Origin: Candidatus Eiseniibacteriota bacterium
GTDB lineage: Bacteria > Eisenbacteria > RBG-16-71-46
Direction: 5' to 3'
Assembly (NCBI GenBank): GCA_044222065.1
Contig: JBGAOA010000007.1
Location: 1 to 64,000, forward strand
Length of the DNA: 64,000 nucleotides
Shown: positions 29,429-38,672 of the stretch, in pieces
How the letters are laid out: every line of letters begins with the position of its first letter
Position numbering within the stretch: position 1 is the first letter of the stretch
Made by a program: the position numbers and the translations under genes
Notes under the pieces: generated by a model
Told to the model about the DNA's origin: nothing
Seen by the model: only the letters and a program-made list of their open reading frames with translations
Databases searched by the model: none

Positions 29429-30211
29429 CTAGCGGCCCGTCAGCATTCGGAGATACGCGTCGATCCAGCCGTCGCCCCACAGCAGCGCGATCATCGCGGC
29501 CGGCGCGAGGAACGTCCCGAACGGAATTTCGGTCGTGCCGCCCGTGCCTCGACGGCGCATGACGACGAGACCATAGGCCGCGCCGCCGAGGGCGGCGAGG
29601 AAGATCGTGAAGAGCGAGAGCCGCCATCCGAGCACGGCGCCGAACATGGCCGCGAGCTTCACGTCGCCGAATCCCATGCCTTCGATCTTCCGCACCCGGA
29701 TCCACAGCTCGGCGAGGCCCCACAGGAGACCTGCGCCCGCGACGATCCCGAACAGCGCGTGGCGAGCGCCGCCCGGCCAGGTCAGCGCCGCGGCGAGCCC
29801 GATCAGCGTGCCGGGGAACGTCAGCACGTCGGGGAGGAGCTGCACGTCGAGGTCGATCCAGAAGAGCGCGACGAGCAGGAATCCCCAGAGCGCGAGGAAC
29901 GGCGTGTCCCACCCGAGCGGGCGCAGCGTGACGAGCGCGAGCGCCCACGCGCCGCACCACAGCTCGGTGAGCGGGTAGCGCGGCGAGACGCGCGCGCCGC
30001 AATGGCGGCAACGTCCGAGCGCGAGCGCCCACGACAGCACCGGCACGAGATCGCGGGGCCCGAGCACGTGGCCGCACGAAGTGCACGCCGATCGGCCGCG
30101 CACCCACGACACGCCGCGCGGCACCCGGTGCGCGAGCGCCGTCACGGCGCTCCCCATGACGAACCCGAGGACCGTGACGAGGACCGGGAGCGAGGCGGCG
30201 AGGAGCGTCAC
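29429..30211 (-). CDS. pilD: Prepilin peptidase/N-methyltransferase
   Basis: 'RSACTSC', 'GRCRHC', 'IDLD..LLPD', 'GMGFGDVKL', 'IPFGTFL'. Confidence 0.92.
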   Translation of the reverse strand: MTLLAASLPVLVTVLGFVMGSAVTALAHRVPRGVSWVRGRSACTSCGHVLGPRDLVPVLSWALALGRCRHCGARVSPRYPLTELWCGAWALALVTLRPLGWDTPFLALWGFLLVALFWIDLDVQLLPDVLTFPGTLIGLAAALTWPGGARHALFGIVAGAGLLWGLAELWIRVRKIEGMGFGDVKLAAMFGAVLGWRLSLFTIFLAALGGAAYGLVVMRRRGTGGTTEIPFGTFLAPAAMIALLWGDGWIDAYLRMLTGR

Positions 30212-30322
30212 GATTCCGCTCCGGACGGCGCCCGCCGCGGACGATCATTGCTCCGACGGAACGCGTCTGCGAAACTTCCCGCGCCGTTCATCCTCGAGTC
30301 ACCGGCTGGAGCCCGCCCGTCC

Positions 30323-30640
30323 GTGCGCATCCTGTTCTTCCTCGCTCTCATCGCCAACAGCTTCGATCTGGTCGCGACCGCGCTCGGCATCCACTGGTTC
30401 GGCAACCGCGAGGGCAATCCGCTGCTCGCCGGCATCGCCCACGAACACTGGATCGCGTTCGTGCTGTTGAAGGGGCTGCTGATTCCGCTCCTGATCGTGC
30501 GCCTCTACCGCTTCCGCGCCCGCACTCCGATGCTCGCCGGCGCGGGCCTCGCGCTCGTCACCGTCGCGCTCACCGTCGCCGTCGGCCAGTGGATCGGCTG
30601 GATGGCGGGCGTCGTGACCGTGACGACCACGCGCGGCTGA
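30323..30640 (+). CDS. Small membrane protein (DUF5658-like)
   Basis: 'NSFDLVATALG....REGNPLL...LLKG', three TM segments. Confidence 0.65.
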   Translation: MRILFFLALIANSFDLVATALGIHWFGNREGNPLLAGIAHEHWIAFVLLKGLLIPLLIVRLYRFRARTPMLAGAGLALVTVALTVAVGQWIGWMAGVVTVTTTRG

Positions 30641-30685
30641 ACGGACCGCGGCCCGCGCCGCGCTCCGTCCGCTCGCGCGGGACCG

Positions 30686-31984
30686 TTACTGCTGATCGGG
30701 CAGGATACGCGGCGTGATCTCGATCACCAGGTCCGTCTTCTTGGTCTGGATGGACTGGTGCTGGAACAGATAGCCGAGCCCGGGGATCGAGCCGAGGATC
30801 GGGACCTTCGAGACCGTGGACGTCTTCTCCTCGGTGAGTAGCCCGCCGATGATCACGGAGTTCCCGTCCTTGAGCCGCACCGTCGTCGTGGCCTGGCGCG
30901 TCGCGACGATCGGCAGGTCCGCGTTCGGACCCTTGAAGCCGGTCACCGAGCTGACCTCCGGCGTGATCGTCGTCGTGATGTAGCCGTCGGCGTTGATGAG
31001 CGGCGTGATCTTGAGCTTCACGCCGACTTCTTCCTTCTCGATGCGCTGCGTCGGCGCCGCGGCGCCGCCGGCGAAGACGGTCCCGCTCACGACGTAGGGA
31101 ATGCGCGAGCCGATCAGCATGCTCGCTTCGTGACCGTTCAGCGTCGCGAGTTTCGGATTCGCGAGCACACGCGCGTTGCCGTCGCGGACCAGCAGGTCCA
31201 CGGCGGCCCGGAACGTCTTGCCGACGCGGCTGAAGTTCTTGAGCTGCCAGACGTCGTGCGTGCCCGGCGTGTTCGGGAACACGTTGATGCCGCTGAACGT
31301 CGTGTTCTCGTTCTCGCCGCTGCTGCCGGTGAGCGAGTCGTAGTTTCCTTCGACGAACACGAAGCCCTGGCGCGTGAGCATGTCCCAGTCGATGCCGAGC
31401 CTCTTCACGTCGTCCGTGGACACCTCGACGACGCGCGCCTCGAGCATCACCTGCTTCGCCGGCACGTCCATGCGCGTCACGATCGTCGTGATCTCGGACA
31501 GCACGCGCGGACTCGTGACGACGATGAGCCGGTTCCCGCCCTTGTCCACCGTGACGTCGGCCTTGAGGCTCGCGAGCGCGTTCTTCACCTCGTTCGCGTC
31601 GGCGTAGCGCAGGTCCACGACGTACGACGACAATCCCGTCTCGTCCTTGAGCGCCGCCTTGTCGGCGACGAGGATCGAATTCCCGATGCGCTCGTAGGCG
31701 AGGCCCGCCGCGCGCACGACGAGGTTCACGGCCTGGTCGATCGGCACGTCCCTCATGTGGATCGTGATCCGGTCGTTCGTGACGCCGGGGCCGGTGATGA
31801 TGTTGAGCCCGCCCTTCTCGGCGAGGATCTTCAGCACGCCCGGGAGTGCGGCGTCCTCGGCGTCGAGCGAGACCTTGGGGCCGTCCGTGGCCTGGGCCGT
31901 GAGGCCCGGAGCGAAGGCCGCGAGCGCGAACAGCGCGAGCACGGCGCCGAGCGCGAGCGCTCGTGGAGCGCGGGCGAGCATCAT
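30686..31984 (-). CDS. pilQ: Type IV pilus secretin
   Basis: Signal peptide, N0/STN and N domains, 'QVMLEARVVEV', 'GVKLKITP', 'KVPILGSIPGLGYLF', 'LVIEITPRI'. Confidence 0.88.
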   Translation of the reverse strand: MMLARAPRALALGAVLALFALAAFAPGLTAQATDGPKVSLDAEDAALPGVLKILAEKGGLNIITGPGVTNDRITIHMRDVPIDQAVNLVVRAAGLAYERIGNSILVADKAALKDETGLSSYVVDLRYADANEVKNALASLKADVTVDKGGNRLIVVTSPRVLSEITTIVTRMDVPAKQVMLEARVVEVSTDDVKRLGIDWDMLTRQGFVFVEGNYDSLTGSSGENENTTFSGINVFPNTPGTHDVWQLKNFSRVGKTFRAAVDLLVRDGNARVLANPKLATLNGHEASMLIGSRIPYVVSGTVFAGGAAAPTQRIEKEEVGVKLKITPLINADGYITTTITPEVSSVTGFKGPNADLPIVATRQATTTVRLKDGNSVIIGGLLTEEKTSTVSKVPILGSIPGLGYLFQHQSIQTKKTDLVIEITPRILPDQQ

Positions 31985-32472
31985 GGAGTGGTGTCTCCTT
32001 TCAAGGGCAGCCGCAGGACGATCTGCTCGCCGCCGCGATCGAGCACGACCTGCTCGCGGGTGATGCTGACGACTCGGAAATCCGAAAACAGCGTGTTCTC
32101 GCGCACCGACCAGTCGCGTCCGCCCCAGCGCACGGTCGCGCGCGGATCGGCGTCCCACACGATCGAGGTGAGCAGCGGACGCGGCTTCTCGACGGGCGGC
32201 GCCGGAACGCGCGGCCGCGCCGGACCGGGCGCGGGATCGGGCGTTGCGATCGCGACGCCCGCGAACGGATCGCGGACGGGCGGCGTCACGGACGAACCGC
32301 GCGCGAGCAGCAGCGTCAGGCGCGAGTAGGGGTCCACGTGCGGCGCGCCGCGCGTCTGAGCGCGCTGCCAGGCGCCCGACTGACGGAGCGCCGTGGTCGT
32401 GACGTTCAGCACGAGCACGAGCGTGAGGAGCCCGAGGACGGGCGGCAGGAGCTGCGCGGGCGAGAGCTTCAC
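31981..32472 (-). CDS. PilP/GspC-like assembly protein
   Basis: Position between pilO-like and pilQ, N-terminal TM, 'RDPF' motif, Pro-rich linker, beta domain. Confidence 0.6.
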   Translation of the reverse strand: MKLSPAQLLPPVLGLLTLVLVLNVTTTALRQSGAWQRAQTRGAPHVDPYSRLTLLLARGSSVTPPVRDPFAGVAIATPDPAPGPARPRVPAPPVEKPRPLLTSIVWDADPRATVRWGGRDWSVRENTLFSDFRVVSITREQVVLDRGGEQIVLRLPLKGDTTP

Positions 32473-33032
32473 GGACGTTCCGCCGGACGTTGCAGGACGA
32501 GGCGCTTCATCCACAGCTCGATCATCGGTTCGTCTCCGGCGCGCGTCAGGGTGAAGCGCTCGATCGCATCGAGCTTGCCCGAACGCTCGATGCCGTCGAG
32601 GAAGCGGACGAACTCGGGGTAGCCGCCGCGGAGCTTCAGGTGCGCGCGCAGCTCGATCGTGCGCTTGTTCGTCGTCACCGGCCCGGGTTCGGTGAGCATC
32701 ACGCCCGAGCCGGCGCGCTGCGCGAGCGACGTGAGGTCTTCGAGCATTGTCACCGTGAGCTGGCCCGAGTTGCCCTTCTCGCTCGCCTCGCGGCCGGGCA
32801 GCGAGTTCAGCGTCACGAGCGAGAACACCGCTGGCGGCAGCGGAACCGTGGATCCGCCGCCACCCGGGCTTTCGACGCCGCTGAACGGCTGGAGCGCCTT
32901 CTGGGCCGCCTCGTAACGCCGCACGGTCGGCAGGAACCAGAACGCGTGCAGTCCGAGCAGCACGAGGCAGATCGCGACGCCGCCCGCGAGCTGCCAGTGG
33001 CGGCGGATCGTGGCGAGGAGGACGGGGTTCAT
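32469..33032 (-). CDS. pilO: PilO-like protein
   Basis: N-terminal TM, 'LRGGYPEFVRFLDGIE', position after pilN. Confidence 0.7.
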   Translation of the reverse strand: MNPVLLATIRRHWQLAGGVAICLVLLGLHAFWFLPTVRRYEAAQKALQPFSGVESPGGGGSTVPLPPAVFSLVTLNSLPGREASEKGNSGQLTVTMLEDLTSLAQRAGSGVMLTEPGPVTTNKRTIELRAHLKLRGGYPEFVRFLDGIERSGKLDAIERFTLTRAGDEPMIELWMKRLVLQRPAERP

Positions 33033-33604
33033 CGGCACTCGATCGTGAACTCGGCAGTCGGATCCGAGGCGGCGCTCGAACTCGTCGAACCGAGCTGGAT
33101 GTTGCGATAGCCGCGCGAGAACGCGGAATCCGAGTGCAGCGTCGAGACGAAGTTCATGACGCTTCGCATGCGCTCCTGCGCGTCGGCCGCGCGCAGCGTG
33201 CCGGTGATGATGAACGGCGGCGAGTCCACGCCCGTGACGTTCTGCGGATTCAAAGCGAGGGACGAGACGCGTGCGGTCGGCGGCGTCAGGTCGGCGAGCC
33301 GCCCCATGCGCTCGCGCCAGCGCCGCGGATTCTCGACCGCCGACTCGATCTGGGCGATCTCCGCGGGCGTGAACGACCACGCGACGCGCTGCCCGGCTTC
33401 GACGCGCAGGCTCTTCGCCTGGCGCTCCATCGTCGCGACGCGGCGCGAGAACATGACGGCGTTCAATCCGTACAGGCCCAGCAGCAGCGCCATCACGCCG
33501 AAGTACGCGACCCACACGCCGAGCGCCACGACGCGGCGCCGCGCGCGCGCCTGCTCCTGTTCCCACGCTTCGCGGCGAAAGTTGATCGTGAACGTCGTGC
33601 TCAC
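33029..33604 (-). CDS. pilN: PilN-like protein
   Basis: N-terminal 'TINF' (INLL-like), TM helix, 'ITG...NFVSTL..DSAF', ends 'FTIECR'. Confidence 0.72.
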   Translation of the reverse strand: MSTTFTINFRREAWEQEQARARRRVVALGVWVAYFGVMALLLGLYGLNAVMFSRRVATMERQAKSLRVEAGQRVAWSFTPAEIAQIESAVENPRRWRERMGRLADLTPPTARVSSLALNPQNVTGVDSPPFIITGTLRAADAQERMRSVMNFVSTLHSDSAFSRGYRNIQLGSTSSSAASDPTAEFTIECR

Positions 33605-34647
33605 ACGGACCTCAGCGCGAGGCCGTAGGCCTGCGCGAACTGCGGGCCCGTGCGCGCGCCCGCCGATTCGGCGTCGCGCTCGAGCGGGCTGAAGAGCAGC
33701 ACGGGGAATCCGATCAGCTCCCCGAGCCGCGCCGCGAGTCCCGGAATGCGCGCCGTGCCGCCCGAGAGCCACAGCTTCATCGGATCCGGCAGACGCCCCA
33801 TCGTGCGGTAGAACGCGAACGAGCGGCGCAGTTCCTCGACGAGATCGCGGCGCAGCGCATCGAGCATCGCCTGCATCTCGGGGGAGCCCCAGTCCACGCG
33901 GAAGCCCGGCTGGTCCGAGCCGGCGGCGAGCTTCCACTCGGCGGCCTCGTCGAGCGGGATGCGGGTCTCGCGCGCGATCGCGCGCGTGAGCGTCGCGCCG
34001 CCGAATTCGATGCGCCGGCCGAAGTACGGCTCGCCGCGCTGCCACAGCGTGAGGTGCGAGGACTGGTGGCCGATGTCGAGCAGCAGCTGCGCCTCGCGCT
34101 CGGTCTCGCGTCCGTGCACGAGCGCGTTCGTCAGCGCGAGCGGCGCCGCGTCCACGATGTCGGCTTCGAGGCCGAGAGCCGTGAGCGGCGCCGAGCAGCG
34201 CGCGAGCCGCTCCTGCGAGACCGCGGCGAGCAGCACTTCGAGGCGCTTCTCGGACGGGTAGCGCGAGAGGATCTGGTAGTCCACGACCATGGAGCCGAGA
34301 TCGAACGGCACGTGCTTGCGGGCTTCGAAGCGGAGCGCCGGACCGACCTCGTCGTCGGCGAGCAGCGGCAGCGTGATCTGCTTCACGAACACGTCCGGGC
34401 CCGAGAGGCCGAGCGTGAGGCCGCGAAGTCCGCGCGGCGACAGGCCGATCTGGCCGAACGCGTCGGCGACGAGGCGCACGACCGCATCCGTCGGCGGCGG
34501 CCCGTCACCGCTTTCGCCACCCGGCATCGAGACTTCGGCGAACAGCGGGCGCCCCGCGCCCACGCCGACGGGCAACGCGACCAGTTTGATGGAGAACGTG
34601 CCGATGTCGAGCCCGACCCAGGGTCGGGAACGGATGCCAGACTGCAT
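33601..34647 (-). CDS. pilM: Type IV pilus assembly protein PilM
   Basis: 'VGLDIGTFSIK', 'VPFD', 'VDYQIL', 'LLDIG', 'LSGGTA', 'AYGLALR'. Confidence 0.9.
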   Translation of the reverse strand: MQSGIRSRPWVGLDIGTFSIKLVALPVGVGAGRPLFAEVSMPGGESGDGPPPTDAVVRLVADAFGQIGLSPRGLRGLTLGLSGPDVFVKQITLPLLADDEVGPALRFEARKHVPFDLGSMVVDYQILSRYPSEKRLEVLLAAVSQERLARCSAPLTALGLEADIVDAAPLALTNALVHGRETEREAQLLLDIGHQSSHLTLWQRGEPYFGRRIEFGGATLTRAIARETRIPLDEAAEWKLAAGSDQPGFRVDWGSPEMQAMLDALRRDLVEELRRSFAFYRTMGRLPDPMKLWLSGGTARIPGLAARLGELIGFPVLLFSPLERDAESAGARTGPQFAQAYGLALRSV

Positions 34648-34663
34648 GTCGGGGAGTTTTAGC

Positions 34664-35911
34664 CTAATTGGACGCGGTGTTCCACGTACCGGGCTTGAGG
34701 GTCAGCTGGCCGCCGGTGAACACGGCATTCGGGAGCGCGCCCTGTTGTGTGAGCCAGTCGATGACGCCGCCCGGCTGGTCCTGGGATGCGGTCTGGCGGT
34801 GGCGCAGCGTCCAGTCCTCCTTCTCGGCTTCCTTGAAACGCACCTCGGAGGCATAGACGCTGAAGTAGTCGACGCTGCGGACTTGGTTGTCGTAGCGCTT
34901 GGTCAGCTGCACTGCACCGTTGGTGACCAACACGACCGGCAGGCCGTCGGGTCCATCCGAGTCGAGGCCGTCGTCGAACCAGATGCCCTTGCCGGCCCAC
35001 GGGCCCTCCGGGTCCGATTCGGTGCAGGTGCTCGGCCCCGCGACGATCACGAGGCACGCGGATGGATCCGAGCCGATCTTCTCGACGCGCACACGATTCT
35101 GGAAGAACACGCCCTCAGGGAAGACCCAGACGGCGCGGCCGCGCACCCGGATCGTCGTCGTACCGTGCGTCTCGAGGAACGTGAGGCCCGCGAACGTGCT
35201 GCGAACATAGGAGAAGTAGCGGAGGTTGTTCGCGCCCGCATCAAGCGTGTACGTCGGCGTCGTCATCGAGTCCTGAAGCGTCGCCTGGGTCGTCGAGCCG
35301 TGCGCCGCGAGATACGCCGCGATCGGTGGCGCCGGCACCGAGGGCGGCGCCATCCGGATGCCGTCCAGCTCGTTGTGGAGCTGCCCGAGCCAGCTCGCGT
35401 TCGCCGTGTTCCACCACGCCGTGTCGCCCCGCACGATGATCTTGTCGGTGTTCAGGGCGGTGATCGGGCCCGCGACCGTGAGCAGCCGCTTGTAGTAGTC
35501 GATGCTCGCGCGAATCTCGAACTGGCCGCCCGTCGCGACCGACACGTCGCCGAGCCGGCCGTAGGCGGTCAGGCTCACGGGCACGCCACCCGCGATCACG
35601 CCAGTCCGGTAGGTATTCGGCCCGATCGTCTGGGTCGCGACGACGGAGTCGATGCCGCCCGCGGGGAAACCCCAGTTCGAGTTCTCGAGCCGCCCGCCCT
35701 TCGCGAGCTGGAACTTCGCGCGCTCGATCGCGCTCTGGGTGGCCTCGAACATCTGCTCGCGGTCGAGCGAGGCGATCATGAACTGCGACTCGTACGACGA
35801 CAGCGCGAACAGCGAGCCGCCGATCCACGTGAGCGCGATGATCAGCATGATCACGCCGATCAGCGCGAAACCGCGTTCACCGCGCTCGGAGGTTCGAAGC
35901 TCGCGCGTCAT
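34664..35911 (-). CDS. Large PilX/GspK-like minor pilin (415 aa)
   Basis: Class III signal 'ERG|FALIGVIMLII' without Glu5, as is typical of PilX/GspK. Confidence 0.7.
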   Translation of the reverse strand: MTRELRTSERGERGFALIGVIMLIIALTWIGGSLFALSSYESQFMIASLDREQMFEATQSAIERAKFQLAKGGRLENSNWGFPAGGIDSVVATQTIGPNTYRTGVIAGGVPVSLTAYGRLGDVSVATGGQFEIRASIDYYKRLLTVAGPITALNTDKIIVRGDTAWWNTANASWLGQLHNELDGIRMAPPSVPAPPIAAYLAAHGSTTQATLQDSMTTPTYTLDAGANNLRYFSYVRSTFAGLTFLETHGTTTIRVRGRAVWVFPEGVFFQNRVRVEKIGSDPSACLVIVAGPSTCTESDPEGPWAGKGIWFDDGLDSDGPDGLPVVLVTNGAVQLTKRYDNQVRSVDYFSVYASEVRFKEAEKEDWTLRHRQTASQDQPGGVIDWLTQQGALPNAVFTGGQLTLKPGTWNTASN

Positions 35912-36393
35912 CGGTTGTACATCCCCATCGTGGTGTTCAACTCGACGACGGCGCCGTTCGCGGAGCGCAGGTGCAACGCCGTCACGACGACTTGCGCGGT
36001 GTCCGCCCAGGCTTCGAAGCGCACGACCGTCGAGCTGCCGAGGCCGCCGCGGTCGATGAGCGTGCCGGGAATGCTCGCGACGTATTCGTGGACGAGGGAG
36101 TCCCCGCCGAGCTCGTACTTCGCGATCGAAAGTCCGTCGTGGTCGAAGAGGGTGATCGACGTCGGGCCCGTGGAAACCGTCGCCGACGCCGCGGGGCGGA
36201 TGTGCTGCGTCATGCGCTCGAGGATGAACGTCCCCTCGCGCTGCGTGAGCGATTGCCCGGACGACTCGATCCACGTCGCCTGCGACGTCAGGTAGAAGCC
36301 CACCATGCCGACCATGACGATCGTCGCGAGCACGACGACCACCGTCAGCTCGAGCAGCGTGAGGCCGCGTTCGTTCGAGGTCGTGCGCGTCAT
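35908..36393 (-). CDS. Minor pilin (PilW-like)
   Basis: 'NERG|LTLLELTVVVVL'. Confidence 0.8.
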   Translation of the reverse strand: MTRTTSNERGLTLLELTVVVVLATIVMVGMVGFYLTSQATWIESSGQSLTQREGTFILERMTQHIRPAASATVSTGPTSITLFDHDGLSIAKYELGGDSLVHEYVASIPGTLIDRGGLGSSTVVRFEAWADTAQVVVTALHLRSANGAVVELNTTMGMYNR

Positions 36394-36848
36394 TGGGCGG
36401 GGAAGAGCCGGGTGAGCACGATGCTGTCCGCTTCGGCGCCGGCGCCCCACGAGACCGAGACGCGCGCCTGCTTCAGGTCGTTCGGTCCGTCCGAGTCCGA
36501 GCCGCCGGTGCTGTCGAATGCCGCGTCGTACCACGACACGTTCCAGCGTTCGGTGCCGTAGCTCGTTCCGCGATAGTCGAAGGTCGCGCTGCCCGTCGTG
36601 CCGGGCGTGAGCAGCGTCGCCGGCAGCACGGCGAGCTGTTCCATGCGCGACTGCGCGACGCCGAGCGCGGCGCGCGCGATCTCGTAGCGGCCGATCAAGC
36701 CGCGGCCCACCCCGAACGTGTACGCGAGCCCGAGCACGGCGACGACGGCGATCGCGGTCGCGAGCACCGCCTCGACCAGAGAGAAACCGCGCTGGCCGCG
36801 TGCGTCCGCGGCCAGCGCAGTGGGAGCCTTGCCCTGAAGGTCCTTCAT
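36390..36848 (-). CDS. Minor pilin (PilV-like)
   Basis: 'QRG|FSLVEAVLATAI', 'AQSRMEQL', 'VSVSW'. Confidence 0.8.
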   Translation of the reverse strand: MKDLQGKAPTALAADARGQRGFSLVEAVLATAIAVVAVLGLAYTFGVGRGLIGRYEIARAALGVAQSRMEQLAVLPATLLTPGTTGSATFDYRGTSYGTERWNVSWYDAAFDSTGGSDSDGPNDLKQARVSVSWGAGAEADSIVLTRLFPAQ

Positions 36849-36876
36849 CGATTGCGGCCCGTCCGGGGCCGTGCGA

Positions 36877-37272
36877 CTACGGCGTCCAGGTGCCGGTGCC
36901 CGTCGTGCGGTCGTACGCGTACGTGACGGTGCCGGCGGAGGCCACGTCGCCGATGCCGACGGCCGTGACCGTGTACCCGGTCGCACCCGTCGCGGCGACC
37001 GTGATCGTCCAGTGCGCCTTCGCTTCGGTGAGGTCGCAGTTCAGCGTCGTGCCGAGGCCGGTCGTGAAGTCGTCCGACGCGTACACGCCGTTGACCTGGA
37101 AGTGCGTCTGCTCGGCCGTGATGACGGCGCCGATCGCGCCCTTGGCTTCCGTGCGCTGTGCGTCCCGGACGTAATTGATGTAGAGCGGCACCGCCACCGC
37201 GGCCAGGATCGCCACGATCACGATGACGACCATCAACTCCATCAGGGTGAAGCCTTTTTGGTTCCTGCGCAT
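36877..37272 (-). CDS. pilA: Type IVa major pilin
   Basis: GAGGAG RBS, 'MRRNQKG|FTLMELMVVIVIVAILAAVAVPLY'. Confidence 0.85.
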   Translation of the reverse strand: MRRNQKGFTLMELMVVIVIVAILAAVAVPLYINYVRDAQRTEAKGAIGAVITAEQTHFQVNGVYASDDFTTGLGTTLNCDLTEAKAHWTITVAATGATGYTVTAVGIGDVASAGTVTYAYDRTTGTGTWTP

Positions 37273-37400
37273 TCCGACGTCTCCTCTGCGGGTGGGCTCC
37301 CGTGTGACGGCCGCCCGGCGAACGTCGCCGGGGGTGTTGCGTTCGTGGGGATTCGCCGGCCGGATTCCAGCGGAACCCGGGTTCGGCGCGGTCGCGACTC

Positions 37401-38669
37401 CTAGTGTCCGAGCAGGCCGGACCGCATGGCCTGACCGAGGTTGAAGATCGGCAGGTAGAGGGCGATCAGGACGATGCCGACGACCCCGCCGAGCAGGACG
37501 ATGGCGATCGGCTCGATCAGTGAAGACAGCCCGTCCACCGCCGCAGTCACTCGTTGTTCGTAGAAGTCTGCCGTGCGGCCGAGCATGTTGTCCAGTTGTC
37601 CCGTCTCTTCGCCGGTCGCCGTCATCTGGACGAGCATTTCCGGGAACACGCCCGTGTCGCCCATCGCCTTGGAAAGCGACGTTCCGGTCTCGACCTTCGC
37701 CCGAACCTCCTCGATGCCGCGCTCGAGCACCCGGTTGCCGGGCACCGGCTTCATCACCTTGAGCGCGTAGAGGATCTGGGTGCCGCTCGCGGTCAGGATC
37801 GAGAGCGTGCGGGCGAACTTCGTGATCGCGTACATGCGGATCAGGGAGCCAAAAACCGGCAATCTGAACTTGAGGCGATCCATCCACAGCCGCCCCGCCT
37901 CGGTCTGGAGCGCGTTCCAGATCGCGAGCACCGCCACGACTCCGAGCGCTGCAACGAGCAGCAAGTTCTCGGTGATGACCCGGCTCACGACGAGCAGGAT
38001 CTGGGTCGGCAGCGGGAGCGGGACCTTGAAGCGCGCGTAGATGGTCGCGAACATCGGGATGATCTTGAGGATCATCACGAGCAGCACCATGAACGAGAAC
38101 GTGAGCACGAACGTCGGGTAGCGCAGCGCCGCTTCGACGCGCACGCGCAGCGACTCGGCGCGCTCGAGGTAGGCCGCGGTCTGGTCCATGATCTGGTCGA
38201 GCGTGCCCGAAACCTCGCCCGTGTGGACGAGGCTCACGAACACCTCGTCGAACACCGCCGGGTGCCGCGACAGGGCGCTCGAGAGCGACTCGCCCTTCTG
38301 CACGTCCTCGGCGAGTCGCTCGAGGATGGACGCGAGCTTGCGGTCCTGATGGTCGCGCGCGATCGAGCGCAGCGAGCGGACGAGCGGCAGGCCCACGCCG
38401 ATCATCGTGGACAGCTGGCGTGCGAACAGCGCGACCGAGCCGGGCTGTACGTGGTTCTGCCAGCGGTCGAGCGCGTGGTGGTAGGCCTTGAGCAGCGGGA
38501 AGGCGCGAGCGCTCGCCCGCACGCCCTCGGGCGCGCGCGGCTCGATGAACACGGGCACGAGCTTCGAGCCCTCGAGGATGCGCAGAACTTCCTCTTCGGA
38601 AGCGGCGACCTCGATGCCCTCGTGCGCCCGCCCGCTCGAATCGCGGGCCTTGTAGTAGTAGCTCGGCAA
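37401..38669 (-). CDS. pilC: Type IV pilus platform protein
   Basis: 'FARQLSTMI..GLPL', 'GEVSGTL', 'ALRYP', 'GEETGQL', 'LIEP', 'LYLPIF'. TTG start. Confidence 0.92.
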   Translation of the reverse strand: MPSYYYKARDSSGRAHEGIEVAASEEEVLRILEGSKLVPVFIEPRAPEGVRASARAFPLLKAYHHALDRWQNHVQPGSVALFARQLSTMIGVGLPLVRSLRSIARDHQDRKLASILERLAEDVQKGESLSSALSRHPAVFDEVFVSLVHTGEVSGTLDQIMDQTAAYLERAESLRVRVEAALRYPTFVLTFSFMVLLVMILKIIPMFATIYARFKVPLPLPTQILLVVSRVITENLLLVAALGVVAVLAIWNALQTEAGRLWMDRLKFRLPVFGSLIRMYAITKFARTLSILTASGTQILYALKVMKPVPGNRVLERGIEEVRAKVETGTSLSKAMGDTGVFPEMLVQMTATGEETGQLDNMLGRTADFYEQRVTAAVDGLSSLIEPIAIVLLGGVVGIVLIALYLPIFNLGQAMRSGLLGH

Positions 38670-38672
38670 TGC

